Source: Chlorokybus atmophyticus
Taxonomy: Eukaryota > Plantae > Mesostigma and Chlorokybus algae
Direction: 5' to 3'
Length of the DNA stretch: 64,000 nt
Assembly (NCBI GenBank): GCA_009103225.1
Contig: RHPI01002119.1
Location: forward strand, 310,001 to 374,000
In this document: piece after piece, positions 1 through 13,139 of the stretch
Layout of the letters: each line of letters opens with the position of its first letter
Position numbering within the stretch: position 1 is the first letter of the stretch
Position numbers and translations under genes: made by a program
Notes under the pieces: model-generated
What the model was told of the DNA's origin: nothing
The model's input: only the letters and a program-made list of their open reading frames with translations
Database searches by the model: none

Positions 1-2055
1 AGACAGTGTATTGAACCCAGCTTTCTTTCCTTGGGAGGTTAAAGAACAGGTACTGGCCTCTTTTGCGTTTGGTGCTGTCAGGTCACGTCTTCATGGGCAA
101 CATGGCTTGAAGTACATTTTGCACGCACGCAGTCCTATTACATGCTTGGTGTGCAGTTGAACAAAATGAAGTCGGAGATTGAGGACCTGAAAAATAACCT
201 GCAAAGCATGGTGCTTGAAGCCCTCAACTCTGTGGCCTTTACCGGCGGGCTTGGCCGCCCTTTGATTGCTCCAGAGCACGCTCTCGGCACACTGAACGCC
301 TCATTGTTAGAAGAATTCGTGCAGGTATGAACACAAGCACTCGACAGTAGGTGATTACGTTATGCATTCACTATTTGTCAGCAGTCTATGATCGCTTGTT
401 TTGGTTGAGCTCAAATCTGCAGCTAAAACGTTTGAGAGGTCATGTGTGAAAGAACGCTGTTAGTGCTGAGATAAATTTGCTGTTTTGTTGCTGCTGATGA
501 CAGGCAAACTATGCTGCGCCTCGCATTGTGGTTGCGGCATCTGGGGCTATCCATGAAGAGCTTGTGCACCTTGCAAAGCCCTACTTTGAGGGTTTGCCCA
601 AGGTTGCATCCACAACAACGCCAACCTCTCATTATGTTGGAGGAGACTGGCGCGCTGCAAAGGATAGCCCGGTATGTTTTGTCTGTTTGAATCTTCTCCA
701 CCTTGAAGTATTGTGGAGAATGTTGCGCAGTGTGCACTTGCTCGTGCTGTTGCACATGTCTGTTTTGGCATGTATCAAGCATGTGGGCTCTGGCTGACTG
801 TGCAAGTGATGTGCTCGTGTGATTTTGTGGTGACAGTTGACGCATGTTGCTGTGGGCTTCGAGTTTATTGGCGGCTGGAAAGATGTCAAGAACTCGGTGA
901 CGATGACGGTTCTTCAGGTACGTATGCTTTCTGCGAGTTGCATGTCATGGTAATGGTAATAAGACACTTGCATTGTGCACTGTGCAACCATTCCACAACG
1001 CGTTTTTTGCTGCAGATGCTGCTTGGTGGTGGTGGTGCATTCTCCTCTGGTGGTCCTGGCAAGGGCATGCACACCAGGCTATGTGAGTTTTTGATCATGA
1101 ACAAGCATGCATTTCACAGCAAGTGAATGAGCTCCTGTTGGCTAACGATGACAGCTATTGCCGGTGCAGACAAGCGCGTGTTGGTGAACTGCCCCTGGGT
1201 TGAGTCGTGCACAGCCTTCAATAGTGCGTACAACGAAACCGGCATTTTTGGCATTCACGGCACAACGGTAACTTGCTTATTTGCCCAATAACCTGTGCAC
1301 AAATGTCAGCTGTAGCTTACTCATGCAGAGGATGCTGGTTATCACAGGACGGTTCTAACATTGGAAGGCTTGTGGACATCATTGTAAAGGAGTTGCAGTC
1401 TGTTGCACAGTCTGGCTCTGGTATGTATGCTAGGACAAGTGTGAGTCGTGAGTTTGTGCGCTTTTTGCATTGTTGGCTTATCGTCATGTTCTGTTTGCAG
1501 TTACGGAAGAGGAGCTCTCCCGGGCAAAGAATGCAACCATATCATCAGTGTTAATGAACCTGGAGTCTCGGGTATGCTTCTTGGTCGTTGGTATGGTCCT
1601 TGTGATGGTTGGCTAACATTGCTTTTCTTGCCAGGTGGTCGTGTGCGAGGACATTGGCAGGCAAATTCTCACATCAGGGGACAGGTTCATGCAATTGATG
1701 TTGTAGTAGATGCTTGCATGTTCAGTGTTTTTGCGTGGTGCTGACTTGTGGATTGTGCGCAGGATTCCTCCGTCTCAATTTGTGAAGATGGTGCAGGAGC
1801 TGACATTGCAACAGGTGACAGAGGCAGCTCAAAGGTTGCTTCAGACGCCGCTCTCCCTTGCTTCAATTGGAGACAGTAAGTATTGCTCGCTTTCTTATTG
1901 GACTGTTCCACATGTGCTCAACAGCTGGAGAATTCATGCTCATGTGGCGCTTGCGGTCGTCACTGGTCACTGCCTTGCATGGTCACCAATAATTGGCTTG
2001 CTTGGCAGTTGCCAACGTCCCAAGATATGATGCTGTAGCCGCGAAGTTTAAATAG
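1..2055 (+). CDS. MPPA: Mitochondrial processing peptidase alpha subunit (5'-partial, multi-exon)
   Basis: GT-AG exons translate to DSVLNPAFFPWEVKEQ, MVLEALNSVAFTGGLGRPL, ANYAAPRIVVAASG, the glycine-rich loop QMLLGGGGAFSSGGPGKGMHTRL, AFNSAYNETGIFGI, RAKNATISSVLMNLESR, EDIGRQILT and VPRYDAVAAKFK*. Stop TAG at 2053-2055. Confidence 0.95.
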
Positions 2056-2810
2056 TCACTCCTTGTGGCGGGTGGACAACTTGCAGTCAGTGCAAGTCCA
2101 CTATGACAGCTTGCAACACTGAGGCATGGTGGACGCATTGACACTGTGTCTTGTGAGTAAGCGCACTGTTGCTTAAGAATTGTGTGGCAACGGTGTATGT
2201 TGAGCCCGCAAGCTTGCGGGCACACTGCAGAATATGTTTGAGAGTCAGCAGAGCTCTGGAGTAGGTGGCTGAGGTGTGAATCTGACCCTTTCTTAAGGAC
2301 ATCAAGTCTACAGTTTCGGAATCCGCTCCAATTTGGTTAGCTGTGGTATGTGAATTCAGCCAACAGAGTTCATGGCCTGCGCCAGCCTGGCTGCCGCATA
2401 GCATGCCGCATTGCAGTTGATGTACACTTACCTGACAGCCCTACAGTACGCTAGGCAGGATGCATGCAGCGATGGCACTATAGCTAAAGTGCAATGCCAG
2501 ACCTAATTATTCTCGCCATGAGCATCACACCTTACAACCATTGCAACAAGCATCTACACGCTTGTTGTTAAGTAGATATCCAAGCAGCAATGCTCGTATG
2601 TATAGGGTGATGAAGAGGCTCAGATTTCCAACCTCGACTTGGGGACAACAAGCAAACACATACACGACCACAGGACAGCATACACCTTTTGTGCACATGT
2701 ATGAGGTATACGCCGTAGGGCAAAGAAGCAATCCAACTCACAACAAGCAGCACCACAAGCAGCAAGCAAACTAGACACAAAGACAGGCACAAGAGAAACG
2801 CTTTATTTGT

Positions 2811-4085
2811 ACATATTCTGTGTGGTTTGCTATGCTGCCTGCTACTATGCTATGCTATTATGCTACTATGCTATGCTACTATGCCATGCTACTATGCCAT
2901 GCTGCCTACTACTACGCAGGGTTTTTGGTCAGTAGGGAGCAGAGCGGTTTTATGCCGGTACTGCCGGGTGAGACGAGGGGGAGGCGAGTGGGGTTGGTGG
3001 CCTCCGAACCCGGTCGAGATACGCGCATGCTCTTAGATGTCACGATCACCGCATGCGGCGAGCAACCGGGAGGCGCAGCGAAGGCGGCGGAGCAGGCGAA
3101 GTGGCGGAAATACCACGATCACCCCGCCACAGACACATTTCATCCCCTCGCCGCCAAGACGCACGGCACCCTGGGTCAGAGTTTTCACGACGTCATTGAC
3201 ACATGCGCTAGGAGGGCACTGGCTACACGTGACCTGCCGTTGAGCAGGCTGTCGGGCTACTTGGCTCTGTACCGGCAGCGCGTGTCATGCGCGTTGCAGC
3301 GTGCCCAGGGCATCACCATCCTGGAACGGGGGGCGGCAGTCGTAGCGTCGGTACCAGGCTGGGGCCCGGTCCAGACGGCGGCGCCAACGGCGGAAGCGGA
3401 CGCTGTGCTGGCGGCTGCGGCAGTGTAGTTGTGTAGGCGTGCTTGCATGCCGCTGGCATGCGTGTGAGTATGCTTGTGCAGTGATAGGCAGGGATGACAG
3501 TACGTAGCTTGGTGTGACGATGTTGCATACTAGTGTTATGTACATTGGTACTACTATGCTTGTTGAAGAATGCTATGCCGATTGACTGCTATGCCATGCT
3601 ACCTGTTGTTGCTGCTGCCTATGGTTGCTTGTGGAGTAGCTGAGTAGGGAGCCGTTGAGGTCTAACATTCAGACATAGTTCCGTTGCAGTTAGGCTGCCG
3701 GCAAAGTTGCTGCAAGTCATGACGACGTGGGTCTTACACAAGATGGCAGGGGCCAGCGCTTTCAGAGGCGCCGAACTGATGCAGTTGCAACAGCACAGCA
3801 CGGCAACACGCATCCCACCCGCCACCCCTTGCCTTGCTGACGCTGCTGCGTTGCTGATGTGGTTGAAGTCCTGGTCCTGCTGGCTCTAACCCCGGCACCT
3901 GTTGCTACACGGTTACTTTGCCATCCTGCCCAGCCCTGCCTCGCCCATCCCTCCGCCTCACTCACATGCACTTAGTTGGCACATAGTTAGCTTGTAAGCC
4001 GCTGGTGGAATACAAGTCCTACCCCCTGCATGTGCCTTGCTGCTGTGCCCTATGCTATGCATCCGCCACTGAGATAAGCCTATAT
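2811..4085. repeat. Direct repeat copy 1 (~620 bp, interrupted by a LINE fragment); possible Penelope pseudo-LTR
   Basis: Colinear with 10968-11595 from ACATATTCTGTGTGG to GATAAGCCTATAT once 2919-3548 and the ATGCT microsatellite expansion are removed. Confidence 0.85.
2919..3548 (+). mobile_element. 5'-truncated non-LTR retrotransposon 3' end, restriction-like endonuclease (CRE/NeSL/R2-type)
   Basis: ORF with LLDVTIT...AAKAAEQAKWRKY...FHPLAAKTHGTLG...RQRVSCALQRAQG, stop at 3428. Flanked by TACTACTACGC (2908-2918) and TACTACTATGC (3549-3559). Absent from the sister repeat copy near 11000. Confidence 0.8.
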
Positions 4086-4142
4086 GCTTTGCCGGTGGAT
4101 CCTGGTTGCAGTGTGGACTGCACCATCGTCCTACTCCCATCG

Positions 4143-4649
4143 TGTCATGGATTGGGATAAATTGTGACAGACCTCACTCATTGTAGCGTCTGTTGCTACC
4201 ATAGCCTTGTGATCGGAGCCCACTTGTTATAATGGTAACGGAGCTTGACGTCTCAGATTCAATTCCCGTAGAGGACATAGGCAGATGCAAGGGCAAAAAA
4301 CATTTGGTGCGGCTTGCCCTACGCTAGGCGCAGGTTCGCAACCTGCGCGCTGAGCCAGTTTTAACCTATGGCCGCGCGAGCGGTCGCGCCGCGATGGCAG
4401 GTCGCGCGGTGAGGATGGCCGCTGCAGTTCGGTCGGTTATAAATGTTCGTAGGCCAATAGGCCGCGGGTGCACCGGTCGTGATACGGCCGTGACCACGGC
4501 GACGTGGCTAATAAGTGTTTAATTGGATAATGAGAAACCCGTGGGTTAAATTGGGAAGAATGTCACGATTTGGGATAAATTGTGACAGACCTCACTGATG
4601 GTAGCGTCTTTTGCTACCATAGCCTAGTGATCGGAGCTCACTTGTTACA
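4143..4649 (+). mobile_element. TRIM (miniature non-autonomous LTR retrotransposon), family 1
   Basis: 89-bp LTRs at 4143-4231 and 4561-4649 (TGTCA...TGTTA(T/C)A). PBS TGGTAACGGAGC at 4233; PPT GGGAAGAA before the 3' LTR. Perfect 5-bp TSD CATCG (4138-4142 / 4650-4654). Confidence 0.9.
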
Positions 4650-4845
4650 CATCGCCATTGACCGCCCTTGGACTGCATGCATCCCTCGGTGCCCTTTTTG
4701 TGGTTTGTTCGTGAGTCGGTTGGTCATTGCTGCTTGTTTGTTGCTATCCGTTGTTGCTATTGCTTATCGCCTTCTTAAATAGTTGTACGGGGCCCAGCTA
4801 GATTGCACATCACTTAGTTACAGCACTTGCACGCACGGGGCCGCT

Positions 4846-5874
4846 ATGTCGCAGATAGATTGGGAGCCCGTCAAGCGGCAAATCCTTCGGGCACATTATC
4901 AGCTTTTGCTACTAGTGATCCAAAAGTGCCGCCAAAAGGTTCTAAAACTGTGGCCACATGCACCTGCTCTCCGTCCCATGCAAGAAACACACGTGAGTTA
5001 TGTTACGTACTCTTTGACTGGCTGTCCATGCTTGTCACAACCCACTCGACCATAAAAGACTTGGTGTTTTTATGGTCGATTTGTGGTAATTTAATATACC
5101 TTCTCGTTACATTCCCCCCCAATTAAGAACGCTGACGTCCTCGGCAGCTGGCTCCCATCAGCTGGGGAATCATCCCAGAGGTCTGATTAGGGTCGGTCAC
5201 CGGCCCCACCTCCCAAGGGCCGGCCAATTTAGGCCCATACCGGTCAACGCGCGCATAGCAAAACGCTGCCGGCCCCACAGGCTGCGCATTGCGACAGGCA
5301 GGTCGCGTCCTGCCGTGCCGACTGAACTGGTCAGTCCGACGCGACTGCCATTAGTCAAGTCGCGACCCATCAATAATGGCACTTATGAAGTGACTATTTA
5401 CGATGTTACTGTATCACAAAACAATGACCGCGGAATTCGTGCAAGGCAGGAATTGAACTCGGGTATTAAGCTCCAATGACCAATGTCACAGCCCACTCGA
5501 CCACAAAAGACTTGTGCTATTATGGTCGATTTGTGGTAATTCAATGTACCTTCGCGTTACAGTGCTTGTATGTAGGACTAACCAAAACTACAGCTTACAA
5601 GCATTTTCAGCAACACTATACAGCAGGTTCACCAGCGAATGCAACGCCACTGGAGGTGCGTATAGTCAACGAGGGTTTGGAGGCGTGGGGAGTGTCGCCG
5701 CTGGAGCACATCCGTTCACACCATACCTCACGGATGAAGCATGGCGCCGTGTTGCAAGACTCATGGAGCTCCCTGCGTCTTGCAACACAAGAAGGGTTGG
5801 ATTGGTCGTTGGTGATCATATGCACCACGTGGCATGAACCAAGAAGATCAAGTGACCACACGCACAGCATATAG
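4846..5874 (+). mobile_element. GIY-YIG endonuclease at the N-terminus of a Penelope-like element ORF (interrupted by TRIM 2)
   Basis: Removing 5033-5561 plus one TSD restores an in-frame MSQIDWEP...SYVTYSLTGCPCLYVGLTKTTAYKHFQQH...PLEH...DSWSSLRLATQEGLD. Confidence 0.8.
5033..5561 (-). mobile_element. TRIM, family 2
   Basis: LTRs at 5033-5111 and 5484-5561 (TGTAAC...GTGACA on minus). PBS-like TGGTCATTGGAGC next to the right LTR; PPT GGGGGGGAA at 5112-5120. TSD ATGCT/GTGCT (4 of 5 match). Confidence 0.88.
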
Positions 5875-6690
5875 CAAAGCAAGAGTGGCTATGGTTAAGT
5901 GTGCGATCCCATACCGTCGAAAAAGATCTGGGCTATGCTGCAGAAGGGCTTCAAGGAGTCCAGAAAGGCTCGATGAACTCAAGCGGGAAATTGTGCATAC
6001 ACTTGTAAAATAGCAGAGCGAGCTAACACACAGGTGGAGGCACAAGCTGATGCAACTTTGTTGATGGCGATCAACGCCCCTAATACTCACCATTCACACG
6101 ATAATCATCTCCATCAGTTGGAAGTGCCCTTCCACCCCGCACCTCCACCGCTGAAGACTTGGCTGCAAAGACAAGCTAAGCGTGACAATCTTCGATTTGC
6201 CGACAGTCCACTTCATGACAGTCCCCACGACACTGCACCTCCTGAAAGCTCCAAACACGGTGCTCCTGCCGAATCCTCCTCCCAAGCACAGTCCCTATAA
6301 CAGTCGTCATGACAGTCCCTCTGATAGTCCCCGTCCGTCTGCTCAGAGAAAGAGAGAGAGAAAAAGTCACACCATCTCTACACCCCCAGCTGGGAAGAAG
6401 CAGCGTCCCCTTTAGCGAGAAACTCCTGCACGAACAACTCCACCAGCTGTACGGCCGGCAGCTGTACGGCCACAAGTTGGCGAGGTTTTAGCAGCAGCGC
6501 GTACAATGCTTGACGCTGTTAAGAAGGGCCACTAGGAGCGCTATGAAGCAACCAATGCTGCATCAATTATAAGTGAGGATTTGGAAAAGGCTGTGCACAT
6601 TGCTGCAGAACAGCTTTTACGCGCCCACGAAATGGCAATGAAAGCATTGGTAAGAACAGCTTGCACAATGTACAGTCTATGTATGTGATA

Positions 6691-7058
6691 GGGGGGGGGG
6701 GGGGGGGGGGNNNNNNNNNNNNNNNNNNNNNNNNNNNNNNNNNNNNNNNNNNNNNNNNNNNNNNNNNNNNNNNNNNNNNNNNNNNNNNNNNNNNNNNNNN
6801 NNNNNNNNNNNNNNNNNNNNNNNNNNNNNNNNNNNNNNNNNNNNNNNNNNNNNNNNNNNNNNNNNNNNNNNNNNNNNNNNNNNNNNNNNNNNNNNNNNNN
6901 NNNNNNNNNNNNNNNNNNNNNNNNNNNNNNNNNNNNNNNNNNNNNNNNNNNNNNNNNNNNNNNNNNNNNNNNNNNNNNNNNNNNNNNNNNNNNNNNNNNN
7001 NNNNNNNNNNNNNNNNNNNNNNNNNNNNNNNNNNNNNNNNNNGGGGGGGGGGGGGGGG
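6691..7058. other. Assembly gap (N 6711-7041) flanked by poly-G runs
   Basis: G20, then 331 N, then G17. Confidence 0.98.
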
Positions 7059-7099
7059 CTGTCAGTTTATAGGACTGTTGCCACAGCTTGCGCTTTGAT

Positions 7100-8260
7100 G
7101 ATATTTATTGGGCTGTACTTACCCGATGTCGCTGTGCGACAGGAAAGACACGTGCGCGTTCTTTGAAGTTGCGACAACCTGCAGCAAAGCGCAATCAGTT
7201 TTGACGAAGCGCGCAAGGAGCAACTCCACCTTGCTCTTGACCAAGAAACGCAGTTACAGCGGTCCTCTGCACAATCTAAGGCTGAGGTTGCAACCTTCAC
7301 CAGCAGTTGCAAGAGACGCAACAGAGGGCTGCAGATGCCAATGCGGAGATTGGGCGGGTGCGCAATGAGTTGGAGGAGTCGATGAAGACGACATCAAAAA
7401 CAAATGATGAGTTCCACCGTGTTCTAGCTGAGCTGCGCAACAGGTTTCAGGAGGCGCAGCAGAGGGCTAGGGCATCAGATGCTGTTATTGCCAAGCTGCG
7501 CAAGGCTTTTGAGGAGACGGAGCAGAGGGCTGCAGCTTCCAACTCTCTAGTTGCCCCCCTGCGCAAGGAGACGGTGGAGTTGTCCAGGCATTAGAAATCA
7601 TATGAGGCCTAGATTCATGGATTTGATTTGCGAAACATGGATTTATTGTCGCGCATGCAGGCAACGGAATCCAGCTCAACTGCAGTCGCCAAGGTTGGCA
7701 AGAGCTGGAGAGTGCTCGGCAACGCATTCATCAGCTGGAGCGAGAAGCAGCAGAGTGAACGGAGAGGCAGTCATCAGAGGCTATTGGAGGGACTATCGCA
7801 GGGGCTGTCGATGCTGCGATAAGGCGAGGTGATGACGCAAAGCGGGAGCTGGCAGAGGCGCACACCCATTATGAAGAGTTGGAGTAGAGGCTGGCTGCTG
7901 TGCCTTCAACATTAGCGACTGTCGCAGGGGCTGTCGACACAGCGGCTGTTAATGCGCTAAAGAAAAGATGAATGAAGCGCTAGCAGCTGCAAAAGCTTTA
8001 GACAAGGAGGTGAGAGATCTCAAAGCAAAGCTGGACAAGCAAGTGGCAAATTACAGAGCACAGCTCTAGCAGGTAGCACAAGACCGAGTGCAGTACCTTA
8101 TTAGCAGAAGCAAAGAGTGGGCGCACGAGGTGTTCAACCAATTTTTTGCATTGCGAGGATTTGAACGTACAAGGGGGTCGGGCCATATGCAAAACACTCA
8201 GCTCTTTATCGATTGGCCATAAAGGTTTAAGGAGGACCAAGTCGAATGGCCGGGTATCTT
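7100..8260 (+). pseudogene. Degenerate coiled-coil-like coding fragments, origin unknown
   Basis: Short E/K/Q/R/A-rich ORFs (e.g. 7307-7594 RVRNELEESMK...AELRNRFQEAQQR) broken by stops and frameshifts. Confidence 0.35.
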
Positions 8261-8949
8261 CCTAGATCGTGCAGCACAATTCAGGCGGGCGTGGCAGCAA
8301 TCATAGCGGAGTGCTCAACCATTTACTGGCTTTTAACCAGGTGCTAGTGGTTTTGGGGACTCCTACAAGAACGCGGAGTCCCACTATACTGGCACTTTGC
8401 AGGAACACGAAATTACAAGCCGCGCTATCGTAATTTCCATGTTTGACGTGCTGGTTGTCATGCTACCCACCTTCGTGAACCACCTTCGTAACATTGACAA
8501 AGGGATGGCTGCGTTTCGAGGTCCAGCGTCCGCGCCACTGTATGAGCTACCGCCCTCAATGGACTATGCCGTTGCATGGGCGTGGTTACCCCCGCAGGAC
8601 GACTGGTTTGAAACTGCTACCGCGATCAATGCCACATACCAAAACCTCCTCGTGCTCCTCCTCCTCCTGCTGGTCCTCCTCCTCCTCCTACTGGTGATGC
8701 TGCTGCTGGTCCTCCTCCTCCACCTCCTCCTGGTGCAGGCTGATGTTCCCTTGGTTTATAGCTTTGATGTATGTTGCTTAGCGCAGTTGGCCTTTGTGCG
8801 CTGCAAGTAGATCTGCTGATACACTTGACCCTTTTGTGTGTGCGTAATCTGTGCCATAAACAAGTATGAATCACAGTATGCAATGTGTGCTTTGTAATGC
8901 CTTGTGTAAACACAGCCATAAGAGTCACAATGCCCAATAGTCCTGTTGC

Positions 8950-10852
8950 CAAAACAGTCCCATGGACAGCCGGCTGTTGATATGATGGTCCGTGAGATGA
9001 GGGAAGTGATGCGTATCTGCCTTGGGCTCTCCTACCTTGTAATACACGACATATCTGTCATGGAACATGCGCACCACCTCAGTTGTTGGCTGCTCTTGCC
9101 ATCTGCCTTGATTAGCTTGCTACCGGTTGAGCTTCCTCTTGACCGAAATGGGTGACACCTTCTAGTTGCAACAGTCCTTATTTACCACCCACCACGGTGG
9201 ACCTTGGTGAGCACTTGCAGATCTGGAAGCAGGCTTCAAGTAGTCAACCAACATGTTGCCTTCATTGCAATTAGGGGCTGTCGGACAACCACGACCCATG
9301 GTGGAGGATTATTAAATACTGGTTCTGATGGGTCAGTCGGCACACAAAAGTTAAAGACCAACTTTTTCTTATTCCGCATGTCTTAACTCTCTGCAGGACA
9401 CGCCACAACAATAAACTATGCCTGATGCAATGACAGAGAATGACAGAAATCATTTGAAAACTTGCAATGGTGCATGGTTATCGCACAAGTGGACAAGTGC
9501 GGTGGGACTCTGGCAGTGATGTGCAGACCATATTACTTTCAATGCTTGCGCTTAAAATTGGCAACACCAATATATGTGCTGTGCCAAGAAAGCCCGCAAG
9601 ATGATTATGGCGCTGCACCAAGCCTACAACACTACACACGGCGTTGCTTCAAGCAAGCAGGGAGTACACATGCGTCCACCATATCTGTACATGTTCGTCA
9701 AACCACATAAAACTCCACCCAACCACGCTTCATTGCCGCTCATGCCACCACATTAGCGATACATATATCTGGCTTACGCGTGCACACAAGGGAATAACAG
9801 ATGTTGTAGACACCTTGTGGAGTGAAGCATTGAGTGAGGACATCCAAAGCTAGCACCTGAAGGACTCCAAGGTATTTGCGCGACTACAACACCTCTACAA
9901 CAACACCCGTACTGCATTGAAAAAGCGTGAGCACCTATGGTTACAGAGTTTTGATTATACAACATTGTGTACAAACTTAGCACATGCTGACCTGTTACTA
10001 TGCATGAGGGGACTGATTGACAAGGTGTTTGCATGCGATACCCGTACCACGCGCAAAACACACTTGCACGTCAACATCCACTTAGGGGATGTGACATGCA
10101 CTTGGGTGTGTGGCACCACGGTGAGCAGGGAAGATATTACACGTGTGTTTACGGCTAACATGCTGCATGCCATGCTGGAATACATAATCAACAACTTGTT
10201 TGTGCAAACCGCACAGGATGAGCTGCACCAACAGGTTATTGGCATACCTATGGGTAACAACGCAGGGGTGTACATTACAATATATGGCTTGTTCGTATAT
10301 AGGTTGGATTTCGTGAACACGTCGGTCATGGTGGGGCAACGAGACATGGCTCTGAGCTTTGAAACAAATGTTGTGAGACATGTTGATGACTTGCTTGTGG
10401 TTGCACTGCCTCATTTTACTGCTTGCATGTATTTATATCCGGCAGTGTTAGGGGGAGGGATTTACCTCAGGATATGTTGACATTATCATAGTCCGCACAA
10501 GGTGTTAGCATACTATTCTTGGACTTACAAACATCTCCGACACCTGCAATAGGCCAGTGCACCAGGGTCTGCAAAAAGCTGAACACGGCGCCATTCAGAT
10601 TTCTCCCACGACGCAGAGCACCACACGCGGTTAGCAATATCTCCAAATAAGCCAAGTTTGAAGTGGTTGTATCCCAGATTGTACGCCTTGAGCGAATTTG
10701 CACTTTGCAGATACACTTCTTGCGAGATGGTGCAATTGATACGAGACATGCAGCCGTATGGTTATGCTATGCATGCATTGCTTTCAAAGTTGCGCGCTAA
10801 GATGTACAGGACTCCGAGCACAGCATATGGAGTGTCTTACAAACAATTGTAA
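8950..10852 (+). mobile_element. Penelope-like reverse transcriptase (degenerate)
   Basis: Motifs VIAQVDKCGGTLAVMCRPYY, LQSFDYTTLCTNL, QQVIGIPMGNNAG, RHVDDLLV and LFLDLQ across frameshifted ORFs. Ends YKQL* at 10852 with no downstream GIY-YIG. Confidence 0.85.
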
Positions 10853-10967
10853 CAGCTAGTGGCAAACAGGTGCTCATCTACACGTCACACGTAAGTGAGG
10901 TAAGTAGCGGTGAATATATTTGGAAAGAGTAGTTATCCGCGGTGGGGGAAGCAGTTCAACTGCCCCC

Positions 10968-11595
10968 ACATATTCTGTGTGGTGTGCCATGCTGCCTGCT
11001 ACTATGCTTGTTGAAGAATGCTATGCTAACCGACTGCTATGCCGACTGACTGCTATGCCATGCTACATGTTGTTGCTGCTGCCTATGGTTGCTTGTGGAG
11101 TAGTTGAGTAGGGAGCCGTTGAGGTCCAATATTCGGACACAGTCCCGTTGCACATAGGCTGCAGGCGAAGTTACTGTAAGTCATAATGACGTGGGTCTTA
11201 CACAAGATGGCGGGAGCAGGCGCTTTCAGAGGCGCCTCTAGAGGCGCCGAACTGATGCAGTTGCAACAGCACAGCATAGCAATACGCATCCCACTACCCA
11301 TCCCACCCGCCACGCCTTGCCTTGCTGGCGCTGTTGCGTTGCTGATGTGGTTGAAGTTCCGGTCCTGCTGGCTCTAACCCCGGCACCTGTTGCTACAGGT
11401 GCCGGGGTTGGTACACAGTTACTTTGCCATCCTGCCCTGCCCTGCCTCGCCCATCCCTTCGCCTCACTCACATGCACTTGGTTGGCACATAGTTAGCTTG
11501 TAAGCCCTTGGTGGAATACAAGTCCTACCCCCCCCCTGCATGTGCCTTGCTGCTGTGCCCTATGCTATGCATCTGCCACTTGGATAAGCCTATAT
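10968..11595. repeat. Direct repeat copy 2 (empty-site version); possible Penelope 3' end / pseudo-LTR
   Basis: High similarity to 2811-4085; starts ~115 bp after the RT stop. Contains a 15-bp perfect hairpin at 11376-11409. Confidence 0.85.
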
Positions 11596-12550
11596 ACAGG
11601 GGCTTTACAACTATGTGCACTACATGCACTATGTGCGCTAGGCGGGGTGCGCCCATAAGATGCAGTCGCAAGCAGCAATCGCGCGAGGCAATCAACCAGC
11701 CTAAGCACGCATGCACAGTTACACGGTAAGAACCTCGGCGAGCGGCGCCGTCGCTGAAGGAGCAACAGCAACAACAAGGCGTGAGGGTGTAGGTTGCGAA
11801 GGCGGGAGTGATGTGCGTTGTTGTGCAAATGGGTTGCAATCGCCGCCGCCGCCGCTGCTCATGCCGAGTCCTTGCTGGGGCAGCGGGGCTGATGTATGTA
11901 GTCAGCACGGCTGCAGGCATCTCCCGCGACTCATAATGGTCACAAATGCGATGTTTTGGTTAACAGCTGACAACTTAATGTGACAAACTTGACTGCATGA
12001 GGGCAGGCCAGCTGCTCCCCTCATAGGGTCACATGCAACTCACCTCCACCTCCACTTACGCAGTATATATCCCTCATTTCGTACCTCATCACACCACAGC
12101 CTTGCACAAGTTCACCACTTCCCAAGCGTCATGATTGTCCAACAGCAAAAGACATGTGCGTGCACTAAGCAGCTAAGTGCGAAACATGCGCAGCCCCTTG
12201 ATCTCTAATACAATGACAACGCAGCAACTCACAACGGCGATGGAACAGGCAAATAAAAGCAAACAATAGCACTCAGAAATCCTTGACATGCATGTTTATG
12301 TGGGCGTGATGTCTTGCACCCATATCAGCTTACCCTCTATGTACACACTCACATCAACCACTACTGTTCAAATTCAACTCAACATCTTAAACAAGCAACT
12401 TTCAACTAGGTCAGCTTAGGGGGGCTAGTTGCTTTATGTGCGTGCGGTATATATATTATTATTTGTGTACACTTAAAGAGGCACACACTGCGCAGCATAT
12501 GCTGAACAACAACAACAACAACAACAAAAACCAACATCGATAGGCATCGC

Positions 12551-13139
<589 letters not shown>

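Noticed and set aside
6661-7098. 145-aa ORF
   Set aside because: It spans the N gap and poly-G runs.
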